A stretch of DNA of 64,000 nt from NCBI GenBank assembly GCA_964493785.1, contig CAZBPM010000002.1, positions 162,712 to 226,711 of the forward strand. Reading direction: 5' to 3'. Below the pieces are notes generated by a model. That model ran no database searches. It had not been told where the DNA came from and was given only the letters and a program-made list of their open reading frames with translations. This document shows positions 49,431 through 58,934 of this stretch, piece by piece (position 1 is the first letter of the stretch; each line of letters opens with the position of its first letter). The stretch is from an uncultured Hyphomicrobium sp. Its GTDB lineage: Bacteria; Pseudomonadota; Alphaproteobacteria; Rhizobiales; Hyphomicrobiaceae. The position numbers and the translations under genes were made by a program.

Positions 49431-50403
49431 CGGTGCCCCCCTTGATCTGCAGTCTGCGTACGTCAGACCTTCGGCCGGTCCATTCACCGTAACGCATGGC
49501 TGCAATCGTTCCATGCTTGGCGGCCTTGCGTACATTCAGGCTTACGGCGCCGCCGATTGCTTTGAGTGCGTGCACCGCGACTTTGCGAAAACCGGCGAGT
49601 TCGTCGCTTCTGCCTAAGCATGAAAGGCGCGCGGCGCGCGATCGTCCGATCCTTGCGTAGCGCTTCAACACTTCGGTGAAGCGCAGCTCGTGCGGCTTGA
49701 TGACATGGAGCACGAGAGCAGCCGGCGCGAATATCAGCGAGTTCTCTCTGCCCCGCAAAACCTCATAAGCGAACCGGACATCTTCACCACCAAATCCCCC
49801 CGCTACTCCAAAATTGTTCGAACCTTCATCAAACCTGTGTGTCGTCCCCACTGCCGATTTGCGGACCATGAGGTTCGCACCCTTGGCTTGGCTTGCACTG
49901 CATGGTCCCTCCGGGCGATCCTTGGGGCTGCACCCGTACGACAGACCGATATTCGTTAGATGCACTAGCCAATGCGGGGGCTTGGCGCAGGGCCATGCCG
50001 GCCTGATCTGCCCCGTGAACACGTCATGTCCGGGAAACCGATCGGATGCATCGCGGAAGGCTTGCAACCAGGTGCCTGACGGGATGATGTCGTCGTCGAT
50101 AAAGACGACCAATTTTCCGCGGGCTTCCGAAAGCCCCCGGTTCAGGCCAAACGATTTTCCCTTACGCGGCTCAGCTATAAGTCTGATTGGAAGGCCTGCA
50201 TTGGACACATAGTCCGTAACGGCCTCTATCGTTCGGTCGCTGCTTGCATTGTCGATTATAAGCAGCTCGGACTGGCCGGCGGCGCGCATCGCTTCAAACA
50301 CGGCCGGTAGCGTATCGCGAAGACGCGCATGTCCGTTGTGGGTTGTGATGATGACGCTGATTTCAACGTCGTGCGCGCTCCGATGTGGCTGCTTGATTTC
50401 CAT
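49411..50403 (-). CDS. Family 2 glycosyltransferase
   Basis: ISVIITTHNGHARL ... LLIIDNASSD ... VVFIDDDIIP GT-A/DxD motifs. 3 nt downstream of hlyD. Confidence 0.85.
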   Translation of the reverse strand: MEIKQPHRSAHDVEISVIITTHNGHARLRDTLPAVFEAMRAAGQSELLIIDNASSDRTIEAVTDYVSNAGLPIRLIAEPRKGKSFGLNRGLSEARGKLVVFIDDDIIPSGTWLQAFRDASDRFPGHDVFTGQIRPAWPCAKPPHWLVHLTNIGLSYGCSPKDRPEGPCSASQAKGANLMVRKSAVGTTHRFDEGSNNFGVAGGFGGEDVRFAYEVLRGRENSLIFAPAALVLHVIKPHELRFTEVLKRYARIGRSRAARLSCLGRSDELAGFRKVAVHALKAIGGAVSLNVRKAAKHGTIAAMRYGEWTGRRSDVRRLQIKGGTDGECAG

Positions 50404-50406
50404 CGA

Positions 50407-51720
50407 TCACCTTTCGCGGAAAGCGCGAGAGAACTGATCTTCGATGGGCTTTACGAGATAGGACAGCGCGGTGCGGTCGTGCGTTTTGATGTGCACCTCG
50501 GCCGGCATGCCCGGAACGAGCTTGCCGCCGTTGAGACGCTTCAGCTCGGCTTCCGTGATCTCAATGCGGCCGGTGTAATAGCTATCACCGGTTCGCGGAT
50601 CCTGCGCTAGGTCGGCCGATATCGACTTGATGGTGCCGACGAGCTCGGGCGTCGTGCGCGTGTTGAAGGCCGCAAAGCGAAGCATCGCTGTGCGGCTGGC
50701 GATCACCTGATCGATGTCATGGGGTGAGATCTTCGCCTCGACCACCAGCTTGTCGCTATCGGGCACGATGAGCAAAACCGTCTCGCCAGCATTGATCACC
50801 CCTCCGACGGTGTGAACGGCAAGCTGGTGCACCATACCGGACTGCGGTGCCTTAAGCTCAACACGCTTCAGCTGATCCTCGGCGGCAACGCGCCGCTCGC
50901 CGTACTCGGCGAGCTTGCTCTGCGTCTCGCGCAGCTCCTTAACGACCTCGGTGCGTGCATCCTGATCTATGCGCAGGATTTGTAGCTCGATCTCCGTCAC
51001 GCGCCCGCGCGTCTGGGCCGCAGAAGATTTGAGCTGGCCGTGCTCACCTTCCAGCCGGGCTGCCTCCCGGCGCAAGGCCACCATGGTGGAAGCCGTGACG
51101 AGTTTCTTTTCTTCGAGCGTCTCCAGGTCTTGGAGCTGCTTGGCAATAAGTTGTATCTCGCGCGCCTTGGCGTCGATCTGCCCGGATATACCGGCGAACT
51201 CCTGGTCGAGCTGGCTGATGCGCTCTCGAAGCTGCGACTTCTGCCCTTCCCGAGAGTCGCGGCGGCTGTCGAACAGATTGCGCTCACCCTTGAGGATCTC
51301 TTCTACATCAGCATTGGTAGCAGACGCCGACAATGCCTTAGGCAGAAGCACCTCTCGCGTACCGTCGCGCTCGGCGACCAGGCGCGCTTCGCGGATGGTC
51401 AACTCGCTGAGCTGCTTAGTGATCATCTGCAGATTGGCGCGCGTCACCGTCTCATCAAGCCGCAGCAGCAGATCGCCGGCGTGCACGAAGTCGCCATTCT
51501 TGACGAAAATCTCGCCGACGATGCCGCCCGAGGGATGCTGTACCTTCTTGACGTTGCTCTCTACGACAACGGTGCCCTGCGCGATCACTGCTCCGGCAAT
51601 CTCGGTCTGCGCGGCCCAAACGCCGACGCCGCCGACGAGCGCGAATATGATGGCGAAGCCCGCCACAAGATAGCGACCGACGCGGCCGAGATCGCCCGGG
51701 AGGGGATTGCGGTCGCTCAT
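50407..51720 (-). CDS. HlyD-family type I secretion periplasmic adaptor
   Basis: N-terminal TM helix, long coiled-coil region, and C-terminal VPGMPAEVHIKT lipoyl/beta-barrel strings. 3 nt downstream of the ABC gene. Confidence 0.9.
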   Translation of the reverse strand: MSDRNPLPGDLGRVGRYLVAGFAIIFALVGGVGVWAAQTEIAGAVIAQGTVVVESNVKKVQHPSGGIVGEIFVKNGDFVHAGDLLLRLDETVTRANLQMITKQLSELTIREARLVAERDGTREVLLPKALSASATNADVEEILKGERNLFDSRRDSREGQKSQLRERISQLDQEFAGISGQIDAKAREIQLIAKQLQDLETLEEKKLVTASTMVALRREAARLEGEHGQLKSSAAQTRGRVTEIELQILRIDQDARTEVVKELRETQSKLAEYGERRVAAEDQLKRVELKAPQSGMVHQLAVHTVGGVINAGETVLLIVPDSDKLVVEAKISPHDIDQVIASRTAMLRFAAFNTRTTPELVGTIKSISADLAQDPRTGDSYYTGRIEITEAELKRLNGGKLVPGMPAEVHIKTHDRTALSYLVKPIEDQFSRAFRER

Positions 51721-51723
51721 GGC

Positions 51724-53523
51724 CTAAGCCCCCTGACGGTCGCCGACGACCTTGAGACCGGAACTCGGTGGAGCGCTCTCGGCACGCTGAGCCCGGGCGC
51801 CCTCGCCCGCCACCGGCTGAAGCAGGCGCCGCAGCGCCTCGTCCTTGGGACCGAAAGCCTGCACGCGGCCTCCGACAAGGCCCAACACCTTGTCGACCGC
51901 GACAAGGGCGGAAGGCCGGTGTGCAACGACGACGACAATGCCACAGCGCTTGCGCACCGACAGCATGGCTTCCGTGAGGGCCGCCTCTCCAACCTGGTCC
52001 AGATTGGAGTTGGGTTCATCCAGAACGACAAGGAACGGGTCGCCGTAGAGCGCGCGAGCGAGCGCGATGCGCTGACGCTGCCCGGCCGACAGAAGCATCC
52101 CGCCTTCGCCCACCTGCGTCTGATATCCCTTCGGCAGGTGCACGATCATGTCGTGCACTCCAGCAGTCTTAGCGGCATCGACGATCGCAGCATCCTCGGG
52201 GTTCTCATCGAAGCGCGCGATGTTGTCAGCGACCGTGCCTTCGAACAGCTCGATACCTTGCGGCAGGTAGCCGATGTGGCGGCCCAGCTGTTCGGGGCGC
52301 CACTGGTCCAGCGCCGCGCCATCGATGCGTACGACGCCGCCATTCGGAACCGGCTGCCAGGCGCCAACGAGCGCGCGCACCAAGCTCGACTTGCCCGATC
52401 CGCTCGGACCGATAATGCCGAGGCCGTCGCCGGCCGCCAGCCCGAAGCTGACGCCCTGCAACACCGGCCGGTCACCACCGGGAGGTACCACGGTGAGGTT
52501 TTCCGCGATCACGTTGATCTTCGGCGCCGGAAGCTCAAGCAGTTCCTCGCCCTTGACGCCGACGACCTTGAACAGCTCGACAAGCCGACGATGCGACTGG
52601 CGAGCTCCGACAAAGCCGCGCCAATGCGTGATCGACGTCTCGATCGGAGCCAGCGCGCGCGACATGATGATCGAGCAGGCAATGATCGCTCCACCCGAGA
52701 GCTTGCCCTCGATGACCAGCAGCGCGCCGAGCCCCAACATGCCGGACTGCAGCAACATGCGCAGAACCTTGGAGATCGTGCCGACGCCGCCCACGGCATC
52801 GGATGCCTTGAGCTGGTTTGCTAGGTGGGCCGTGTTCAGCTTCTCCCAGCGCTTCTGGAGCTGGCCACCGAGCCCCATAGCGCGCACCACTTCGGCGTTG
52901 CGCCGCGCCGCCTCGCCGAATGCCAAACGCTGCGAAGCGCTTTGTGAAGCCTCGCGCATCGGCCCAGCGCTGCGCATCTCCGTCCACGCGGTCAACGCGA
53001 TGAGAAGCATCGCGCCGGCCAAGCTGAACGCCCCGAGCCATGGGTGCAGCAGGTAGATGATGGTGAGATAGACGGGGATCCACGGCAGGTCGAACAGCGC
53101 TGTCGGGCCCAGGCCAGACAGGAACGATCGGATCTGATCAAGGTCGCGGATCGGCTGAAGTCCGTCACCGGATTTGCGGAAGCGCAGTGGCATCGACTGC
53201 ACCGCCGCGAAGGTATCCTCACGCAGCGCGCTGTCGATTCTCACCCCAACGCGGCTCATCACTCGGACACGCAGGAAGTCCAGCATGCCGTTGGCCATAT
53301 AGAGGCCGGCCATCAGCACAGTGATGCCGACCAGCGTCGGAATACTGCGCGAGGTCAGGACCCGGTCGTAGACCTGCAGCATGTAGAATGAGCCGGTCAG
53401 CGCCAGGATATTGATGACGCCGGAGAACACGGCGACGCCAGCCAGCGCGAGCGAGCAGCGATAAATCGCTGCCCGCACCGGGCTTTTGCGCCAGTTCGCC
53501 GCTTGCTCCCTACGCATGGTCAT
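51724..53523 (-). CDS. Type I secretion system permease/ATPase (PrtD/AprD-like, no C39 domain)
   Basis: INILALTGSFYMLQVYDRVL N-terminal TMD signature. Walker A GPSGSGKSS, signature LSAGQRQRIALARA, Walker B VVLDEPNSNLD. Confidence 0.9.
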   Translation of the reverse strand: MTMRREQAANWRKSPVRAAIYRCSLALAGVAVFSGVINILALTGSFYMLQVYDRVLTSRSIPTLVGITVLMAGLYMANGMLDFLRVRVMSRVGVRIDSALREDTFAAVQSMPLRFRKSGDGLQPIRDLDQIRSFLSGLGPTALFDLPWIPVYLTIIYLLHPWLGAFSLAGAMLLIALTAWTEMRSAGPMREASQSASQRLAFGEAARRNAEVVRAMGLGGQLQKRWEKLNTAHLANQLKASDAVGGVGTISKVLRMLLQSGMLGLGALLVIEGKLSGGAIIACSIIMSRALAPIETSITHWRGFVGARQSHRRLVELFKVVGVKGEELLELPAPKINVIAENLTVVPPGGDRPVLQGVSFGLAAGDGLGIIGPSGSGKSSLVRALVGAWQPVPNGGVVRIDGAALDQWRPEQLGRHIGYLPQGIELFEGTVADNIARFDENPEDAAIVDAAKTAGVHDMIVHLPKGYQTQVGEGGMLLSAGQRQRIALARALYGDPFLVVLDEPNSNLDQVGEAALTEAMLSVRKRCGIVVVVAHRPSALVAVDKVLGLVGGRVQAFGPKDEALRRLLQPVAGEGARAQRAESAPPSSGLKVVGDRQGA

Positions 53524-53541
53524 GAACGGACTGCAGCGTGA

Positions 53542-54156
53542 TTACGCGGCGTCCTTCTCTTTGACTTCCAGATGGCCGACCGACAGCTTCCCGTCACGGC
53601 CACGCACGCGCATCTTGGGCTTGCTGTCCTTGAACACGCTGGCATTCAGCTGCTGGATGAGGCCGGCCAGAACGCGCATGTCGCCGCTCGCCAGGATGAT
53701 CCACGGAATGTCTCCCGAGCGCCATTCGTTCGGCTTGAGGCGCAGCGGCGTCGCCACGTCGGACAGCCGCTTGTCAACCTCCTCCGACACGAACGCCCAA
53801 AGCACGCCGCCTACCGGGCTGACCATGCCGGTTTCCTTGGACTGCGCCTCGGCCAGCGCGAACTGACGGTGCATCAGCCCGGGCACGAGCAGCCACTCGA
53901 GGTCACCCAGCGTGTGGTGCTTGTCAGCGGGAGAGCGCATGAGCAGCGTGACGAATTCGCCGAATGCCGCCGCGATCTGTTTGGCGGCAGCGGCACGCTT
54001 CTTTGCCTCCTCGGCGTCGAGATGCACCGCAGCCGGCTCGGACGCGGTGGTGGCCGGCGTAGCAGGAACGGGCGCCGCGCCATTGAGCGGCGGCATCGCG
54101 CCGGTGTCCGCCGGCTTGCTGCTTTCCTCGCTCGTGGATTTCTTGCCAAAAATCAT
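53542..54156 (-). CDS. HlyC/CyaC-family toxin-activating acyltransferase-like protein with Ala/Pro-rich N-terminal extension
   Basis: By-eye alignment to recalled E. coli HlyC: SP..H block, LVPGLMHRQFALA vs VLPAIQANQYVLL, PVGGVLWAFVSEEVDKRL vs PVAYCSWANLSLENEIKYL, EWRSGDIPWII vs DWTSGDRKWFI. Sits in the hlyC position upstream of the B/D genes. Confidence 0.6.
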   Translation of the reverse strand: MIFGKKSTSEESSKPADTGAMPPLNGAAPVPATPATTASEPAAVHLDAEEAKKRAAAAKQIAAAFGEFVTLLMRSPADKHHTLGDLEWLLVPGLMHRQFALAEAQSKETGMVSPVGGVLWAFVSEEVDKRLSDVATPLRLKPNEWRSGDIPWIILASGDMRVLAGLIQQLNASVFKDSKPKMRVRGRDGKLSVGHLEVKEKDAA

Positions 54157-54858
54157 TCTGGTTACTCCCTAGGTATTGTTGTCGAGGCCGGCGCGGCATT
54201 CGTGCCGGGCGGCTTATTGTTAGGCGTCGTAAGATTTCCGGTCGGTCAGCGCGATTTCGAGCACCAGGTCACGTCTTAAGCTGGAGGCAAGCCGCCCCCG
54301 GGCGCCGTCCACCGGTGACGGTCGCGTCACGTCCGCGATTGGTTCGATCAGGCGCGCCGAATGCCTTGGAAGCACAGCGCTATTTGCACCCTTGTCTGCC
54401 GATGGGTGCCTACCCCAAAAACAGAGCCTCCCTAATTCCGCGCCTCTTTTCAGATGGGCGCTTTGACACATTGAACTAAATTTAGATGCTATCTCCCGCG
54501 ACCGTGCGCCCTGGTGCAAGGTACTTTTAGGACTTGCAAGCAACCTTGCCATTGCCTCCCGATCCCCGTCGGGAATTTGTGGCGGTCAGCAGCGGGATTT
54601 GCCGGAGATCGTGGTTATTTGTTCTCCCGGTGCCTGCTCCCACTGGTTCCCATCAGAGGGCGAGAGACCGGCAAGGAGGCACGCGGCCGTGCAGCCGCTG
54701 TCGTGGCGGCACCGTTGCGACCCAAACCGATTTGAAGGCAGCGTGGGATGCACGCGGCGCCCGGCGGGGTGCCGCGTCTGCATCGTGGCGAAAGCTATGA
54801 GGCGACGCTCCCCCGCGGCACCGCCGTGCCCAAGAGGGCGATGCCCGGTTGTCCGCAG

Positions 54859-55422
54859 CTAGCCGCGATCGTCCGGTCCGCTCCAACGGGACAGTCGGAT
54901 GAAGCCGTAGAAGAAGCCGACCCAGATGAGGATGGAGAGGCCGTAGAAGCCAATGGTTCGCAACGACCACAGCGGCCAGGAGCCGGCGGCACCGATGGCA
55001 ATCACGTTGGGGTAGAACGAGAAGAGCGTCGAGCGCCACCCGTTCCACATAACAGTGACTTCCTGCTTGCGAGACTCGAACGTCTTGGCATCATTGAAGA
55101 CGCGCTCGCTGTTGCGCTTCAACCACCACCAGGAGTCCTCGTTGATGAGCTCGAGCCCCCGGTCGTTCCGGTTGCGCATGTAGATGTATCGGATGTCGTT
55201 CGTATTGCCGCGGGCGTCGGGGCTGCTGCGGCGAACCTCGGTTCCGGTCACGAGCCCGGAGGTCCAGGTGGGGCGAGCGTACTCCCATGCGAACCAGAGG
55301 GGGATACCGACCGCGAGCGAGGCGAAAGCCAGTACGACGGCTCCTCTTCGCCATAGGACGTAGGCCAGAACGACGATCGCCAGCAGGACGATGTAGCCGT
55401 AAGACATCCAGGCCTGGAGCAT
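54859..55422 (-). CDS. Small Trp-rich membrane protein (TM helices at both ends)
   Basis: Hydrophobic helices at residues ~8-50 and ~150-175, with a soluble middle WWWLKRNSERVF. The overlapping plus-strand ORF translates to low-complexity junk. Confidence 0.6.
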   Translation of the reverse strand: MLQAWMSYGYIVLLAIVVLAYVLWRRGAVVLAFASLAVGIPLWFAWEYARPTWTSGLVTGTEVRRSSPDARGNTNDIRYIYMRNRNDRGLELINEDSWWWLKRNSERVFNDAKTFESRKQEVTVMWNGWRSTLFSFYPNVIAIGAAGSWPLWSLRTIGFYGLSILIWVGFFYGFIRLSRWSGPDDRG

Positions 55423-55578
55423 GCCTCAAACCTCACCTTGAGCTATGTCGCAGCGATCGACCCGCAGCGGCTTGACGTGGTCTCGAGCGTTTCGGCCCCG
55501 TCCGAGGGTCGCCCCGTGGCGGATTCTCAGCCGCTCGCGAACCGGCCAGCGGACCCTATGGCAGCTTTCTCCGTTCGG

Positions 55579-58500
55579 TCAACGCGCCTCGATGGGGCCG
55601 AGAGCAGTCGGGTCGGTCCGCGCTGCGCCGTTGCGATCTGCGGTGGCGTCGGAAAGGAGCTTACCTCTGCCGAGCGCGGGGGAATTTGCGCCTGGCGTGA
55701 AGGCATTAGGGTCGCGGTTGAGCGCGGTCGAAAAGCGCGCGAACCAGGCTGGATCGAAGTCCTCAAGAGCGGTTTCTTCACCGGCGACCTCGCGGCCTTC
55801 AAGGTGGCCCGAGATGTACAGGTTGTCGCGATAGACGTTATCGCCGGCCGTATCGTCGACCTCCATCAGCAACGCCTTAGGATTTGCCGCCCCCTCCGGG
55901 GTGATACCGAGAATGATGTTGTTGGCGAATTCGTTGCGCGTGGAATTCACCTCGAACTTAACCCCGTGACGCTGCGTGGTGATGAAGAGGTTGTGGAGGA
56001 TCTTGTTGTCGCTCGAACCGAGCTTTGGGTTGTCGGTCTCCTGCCAGAAGGAGGCGTTGTGGCGCTTCTGGGGACCGATGATGTTGTTGCGCACGATGCT
56101 CCGCCGCACGCTCGTGAAGTTCGGCCCTACCTCGCTGTCGTGGAAGTAGTTGCCGTCGATGAGGAAGTAGTCTGAGGCGCCTTGGCCGCCTTCGCCCTCG
56201 CCGGCGTAGGCGTCGCAGCGTGCGTCGTTGAACGGAATTCCAACTTCCTGACAGGTGCTGGCTGGGTCCGCATTGATCTGGAAGTCACTCGAGGAGTTTT
56301 TGAACGTCTCATTGAAACGCACGATGTTCCAATCGCCGCCGTTGCTGAGGTAGATGCCATGTCCGTCGCCCTTCTTGGCGCCGGACCCTACGTTGTTCTC
56401 CCAGACGGCCCAGTCGACCTGGCCAGAGAAAAAAGGATCGCGGTCCTGGTCGTGGCCGTTGTTGTTGAGAACGGCGACACCGCGCGCGTGTTCGCTCGCC
56501 GGATATCCGGCTCCGATGGAGCGCACGCCGAACTTGCCGCCGGCGAGCTCAAATCCGTCGACGGCGACGTAATCGGCAGCTTCCAGGTTGATGCAGGTGT
56601 GCCTGCCGCTGGAGCAGCAGTTGATCTTCACACCGAGCGAGCCGTCGGAATTGCGCTCGCCGTAGATCACGACTGGATCGTCGTAGGTGCCGCTCTTGTC
56701 TTTGTCGAGTTCGTAGCAGGCGTCATAGGTGCCGGGGAGGAAGTGGATCTTGGTGCCGGGCGCGGCCGAGGCAATCGCGTCCTTCGGGGTCGTCGCAGAC
56801 TCGCGCGAGGAACCATCGCCGCCACCCTTGACGCTCGCATAGATGGTCTTGGACGGCATCCAGGAAGGGTCCGTGTAGTAGCGGTTGAACCGTTCTGGAA
56901 AACCCATGTAAGCCGCCCCGCGCTTGATTGCTGGCGGCTGAGCGACTCCGGGTGTCGCCGCCTCGGCTTCGCCACGCGGTGCAGTCGCTGGCGCTGCTTC
57001 GCTGCGATCGCTTGCTTTCGCGGCTTTGGGGACAATCGCAGGCGGCGCTGCCGCCCCGAGCTTCTTCAGAAACCCGCGCGCGATCTCGGCATAAAAACCT
57101 GTCGGGTAGCTCTCGATGAAGAGCTGCCAGCCTTCAGCGGTGTTCAGGGCCTTCGCCGCCTCGAATGCCTGCTGGGCGCTGATGCCCTCGGCCGCTGCGT
57201 TGGCCTTAGCCGGCGCAGGTGCAGGTGCAGCAGGCGCTGCGACCTTCGGCGTGGGTGCCGCCAGCGGTGGGGATGGCGGACTGGCTGCCAATGCGGCCGC
57301 GTCGATGCCGCCATAGGTGCCGAGGCCCGCGGCAGGGCTACCGTCCTGCAACCGGAAATCGCCCTTGTCGGGTGCGACGAACTTAGGATCAGCAGGCTTC
57401 ACCATGTCGGCGAAAGCGATCTTGATCGAGCCGTCGGCGTAATTGGTGTCGGCCATCGAATGATCGACCGAGACCTTGATCTGCTTGCAGCCCGAGCCAC
57501 AGGCCGTTGCGAAGTCACGTCCGGCAGCGTTGTTCCAGAAGATCGAGTTGGTAATCTTGTAGCTGTCTTGCGCGAGAGCCTCGTAGGTGTCGACGTACAA
57601 GCCGATGCCAGGTGCTTTGCAGTCGACATCGAGCGCTCCGACGCTGGTGACGTAGTCGAATGTTGCCGTGGTCGGGCCCGAGCCGCCAGAGCCACCGTCG
57701 ACCAGCACGTTGCCGCCGCAGTTTTTGTCATAGACTTCGTGAGAGGAATGACAGGTCGCGCCGTCGTCGCAGAAGAAACCGCCTCCGGAATCGCCGGCAC
57801 GGTTGCCCCGATAGACGTTCCAGGAGATCGTCGCCGTCGTGAACTGGTTGCCAGGCGTGAAGGCTCCGATGTAGAGCCCCGCGCCCCACATGGTGACCTT
57901 GTTGTCGATGAATGCGTTGCCGACCACCGTCAGCTTGTTAGCGAAGAGGTAGAACGCGCCGCCGTGCGAGGCGCCCGGCTCGGTGCCGGAGTTGCCTTCA
58001 ACCCAGTTGTTTTCGAGCAGAATATCGCTGTCGTTCGTGGGACCGTTGAGAAATACGGCGCCGCCGCGAGCGCACGCGTTCGTTTTGAAAACGTTGCCTT
58101 TGATGGTGCCAGACACGTTGACCAAAGCCACGCCGGCACCAGCCTTGTTGTCGGCGTCGCACTTGTTGTCGTGGATGAAGTTGTTCGTCACCTCGAAGCG
58201 CTGCGGCTCCCAGTAGTCGCGCAGGATCGCCTGCGAGTAGCCGGTGATCTCGAATCCATCGATCGCGGTCAGTCCCTTGGGACCGGCGGTCTCGGTGATC
58301 GAGATAAAGGAGCCCGTGCCCTGTCCCTGCGCCTTGCTGACAAAAGTTGCACTGTCGCGGATTGCGAAGCCGCTGCCCCGTTTGAAGCCCCCGGCAAGGG
58401 TGAAGTGCTTCTCGCCGGGTTTGATCTGCTCGGGATAGACGCCTTCGGCCACGCAGATGATGGTGCCGGGTTCGGCAGCATCTACCGCAGCCGCGATTGT

Positions 58501-58713
58501 CTTGTAGGGGTTCGAGGCCGATCCGTCGCCGTCGGAGGCGGTGTCGACATGCAGGGCACACGTGGGAATGGTTGTAGCGCGCGCCACCGTCACGGGCTTG
58601 GGTATGGCGGCTGCAGTCGAGGGCAACTCTTTGGCGGCTGACGCGCCCGAAAAGCCGATAATCGCTAGCAAAGTCAATACCACCGGCTTGCGCCCGTTCA
58701 TTGCAGATCTCAT
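55579..58713 (-). CDS. Secreted protein with two right-handed parallel beta-helix domains joined by an Ala/Pro-rich linker
   Basis: Sec signal peptide. A pectate-lyase-like cap string appears in each half (SASNPYKTIAAAVDAAEPGTIICVAEGVY, and later TTPKDAIASAAPGTKIHFLPGTY). N/G-rich beta-helix rungs. Linker AAPTPKVAAPAAPAPAPAKA. Confidence 0.8.
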   Translation of the reverse strand: MRSAMNGRKPVVLTLLAIIGFSGASAAKELPSTAAAIPKPVTVARATTIPTCALHVDTASDGDGSASNPYKTIAAAVDAAEPGTIICVAEGVYPEQIKPGEKHFTLAGGFKRGSGFAIRDSATFVSKAQGQGTGSFISITETAGPKGLTAIDGFEITGYSQAILRDYWEPQRFEVTNNFIHDNKCDADNKAGAGVALVNVSGTIKGNVFKTNACARGGAVFLNGPTNDSDILLENNWVEGNSGTEPGASHGGAFYLFANKLTVVGNAFIDNKVTMWGAGLYIGAFTPGNQFTTATISWNVYRGNRAGDSGGGFFCDDGATCHSSHEVYDKNCGGNVLVDGGSGGSGPTTATFDYVTSVGALDVDCKAPGIGLYVDTYEALAQDSYKITNSIFWNNAAGRDFATACGSGCKQIKVSVDHSMADTNYADGSIKIAFADMVKPADPKFVAPDKGDFRLQDGSPAAGLGTYGGIDAAALAASPPSPPLAAPTPKVAAPAAPAPAPAKANAAAEGISAQQAFEAAKALNTAEGWQLFIESYPTGFYAEIARGFLKKLGAAAPPAIVPKAAKASDRSEAAPATAPRGEAEAATPGVAQPPAIKRGAAYMGFPERFNRYYTDPSWMPSKTIYASVKGGGDGSSRESATTPKDAIASAAPGTKIHFLPGTYDACYELDKDKSGTYDDPVVIYGERNSDGSLGVKINCCSSGRHTCINLEAADYVAVDGFELAGGKFGVRSIGAGYPASEHARGVAVLNNNGHDQDRDPFFSGQVDWAVWENNVGSGAKKGDGHGIYLSNGGDWNIVRFNETFKNSSSDFQINADPASTCQEVGIPFNDARCDAYAGEGEGGQGASDYFLIDGNYFHDSEVGPNFTSVRRSIVRNNIIGPQKRHNASFWQETDNPKLGSSDNKILHNLFITTQRHGVKFEVNSTRNEFANNIILGITPEGAANPKALLMEVDDTAGDNVYRDNLYISGHLEGREVAGEETALEDFDPAWFARFSTALNRDPNAFTPGANSPALGRGKLLSDATADRNGAARTDPTALGPIEAR

Positions 58714-58934
58714 CAGGCTTGATCCATTCGAGCGTCTAGGTTGGCCTGCACGGCGATTGAGAACGTGGAGGTGGACGACCGGACTTAACCGCGTTCAGTA
58801 ACAGTCGGTTCAACGCCCGGCCCGCAGTTCGGAAGCGTTGCGGCCTGACAGAGGTGCAACTAGGATCAACAACGTCCATACGTTGGTGTTTCCAGGTCAT
58901 TTAAGCACAGCGGCGATTTCGGAGCGGATATTCC

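Noticed and set aside
51040-52824. 594-aa plus-strand ORF across hlyD and the T1SS ABC genes. Similar cases: 56182..58641 (819 aa) over the beta-helix gene, 61059..62189 over xoxF, and 36908..37939 inside the giant gene.
   Set aside because: The opposite-strand genes carry Walker/ABC, HlyD, beta-helix, XoxF and RTX motifs. These ORFs span gene junctions and have junk-like composition.
54463-54580. TTGACA hexamer plus a downstream CCCGA/TCGGG hairpin as a possible small RNA in the 700-nt gap upstream of the hlyC-like gene
   Set aside because: There is no acceptable -10 element at 16-18 nt spacing, and the hairpin is only 5 bp. The evidence from sequence alone is insufficient.
54704-54718. Very good sigma-54-like motif, TGGCGGCACCGTTGC, on the plus strand
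   Set aside because: The only downstream plus-strand ORF (54748..55356) is an antisense shadow of a convincing membrane-protein gene. The motif is probably a chance match in GC-rich DNA, though an antisense transcript cannot be excluded.
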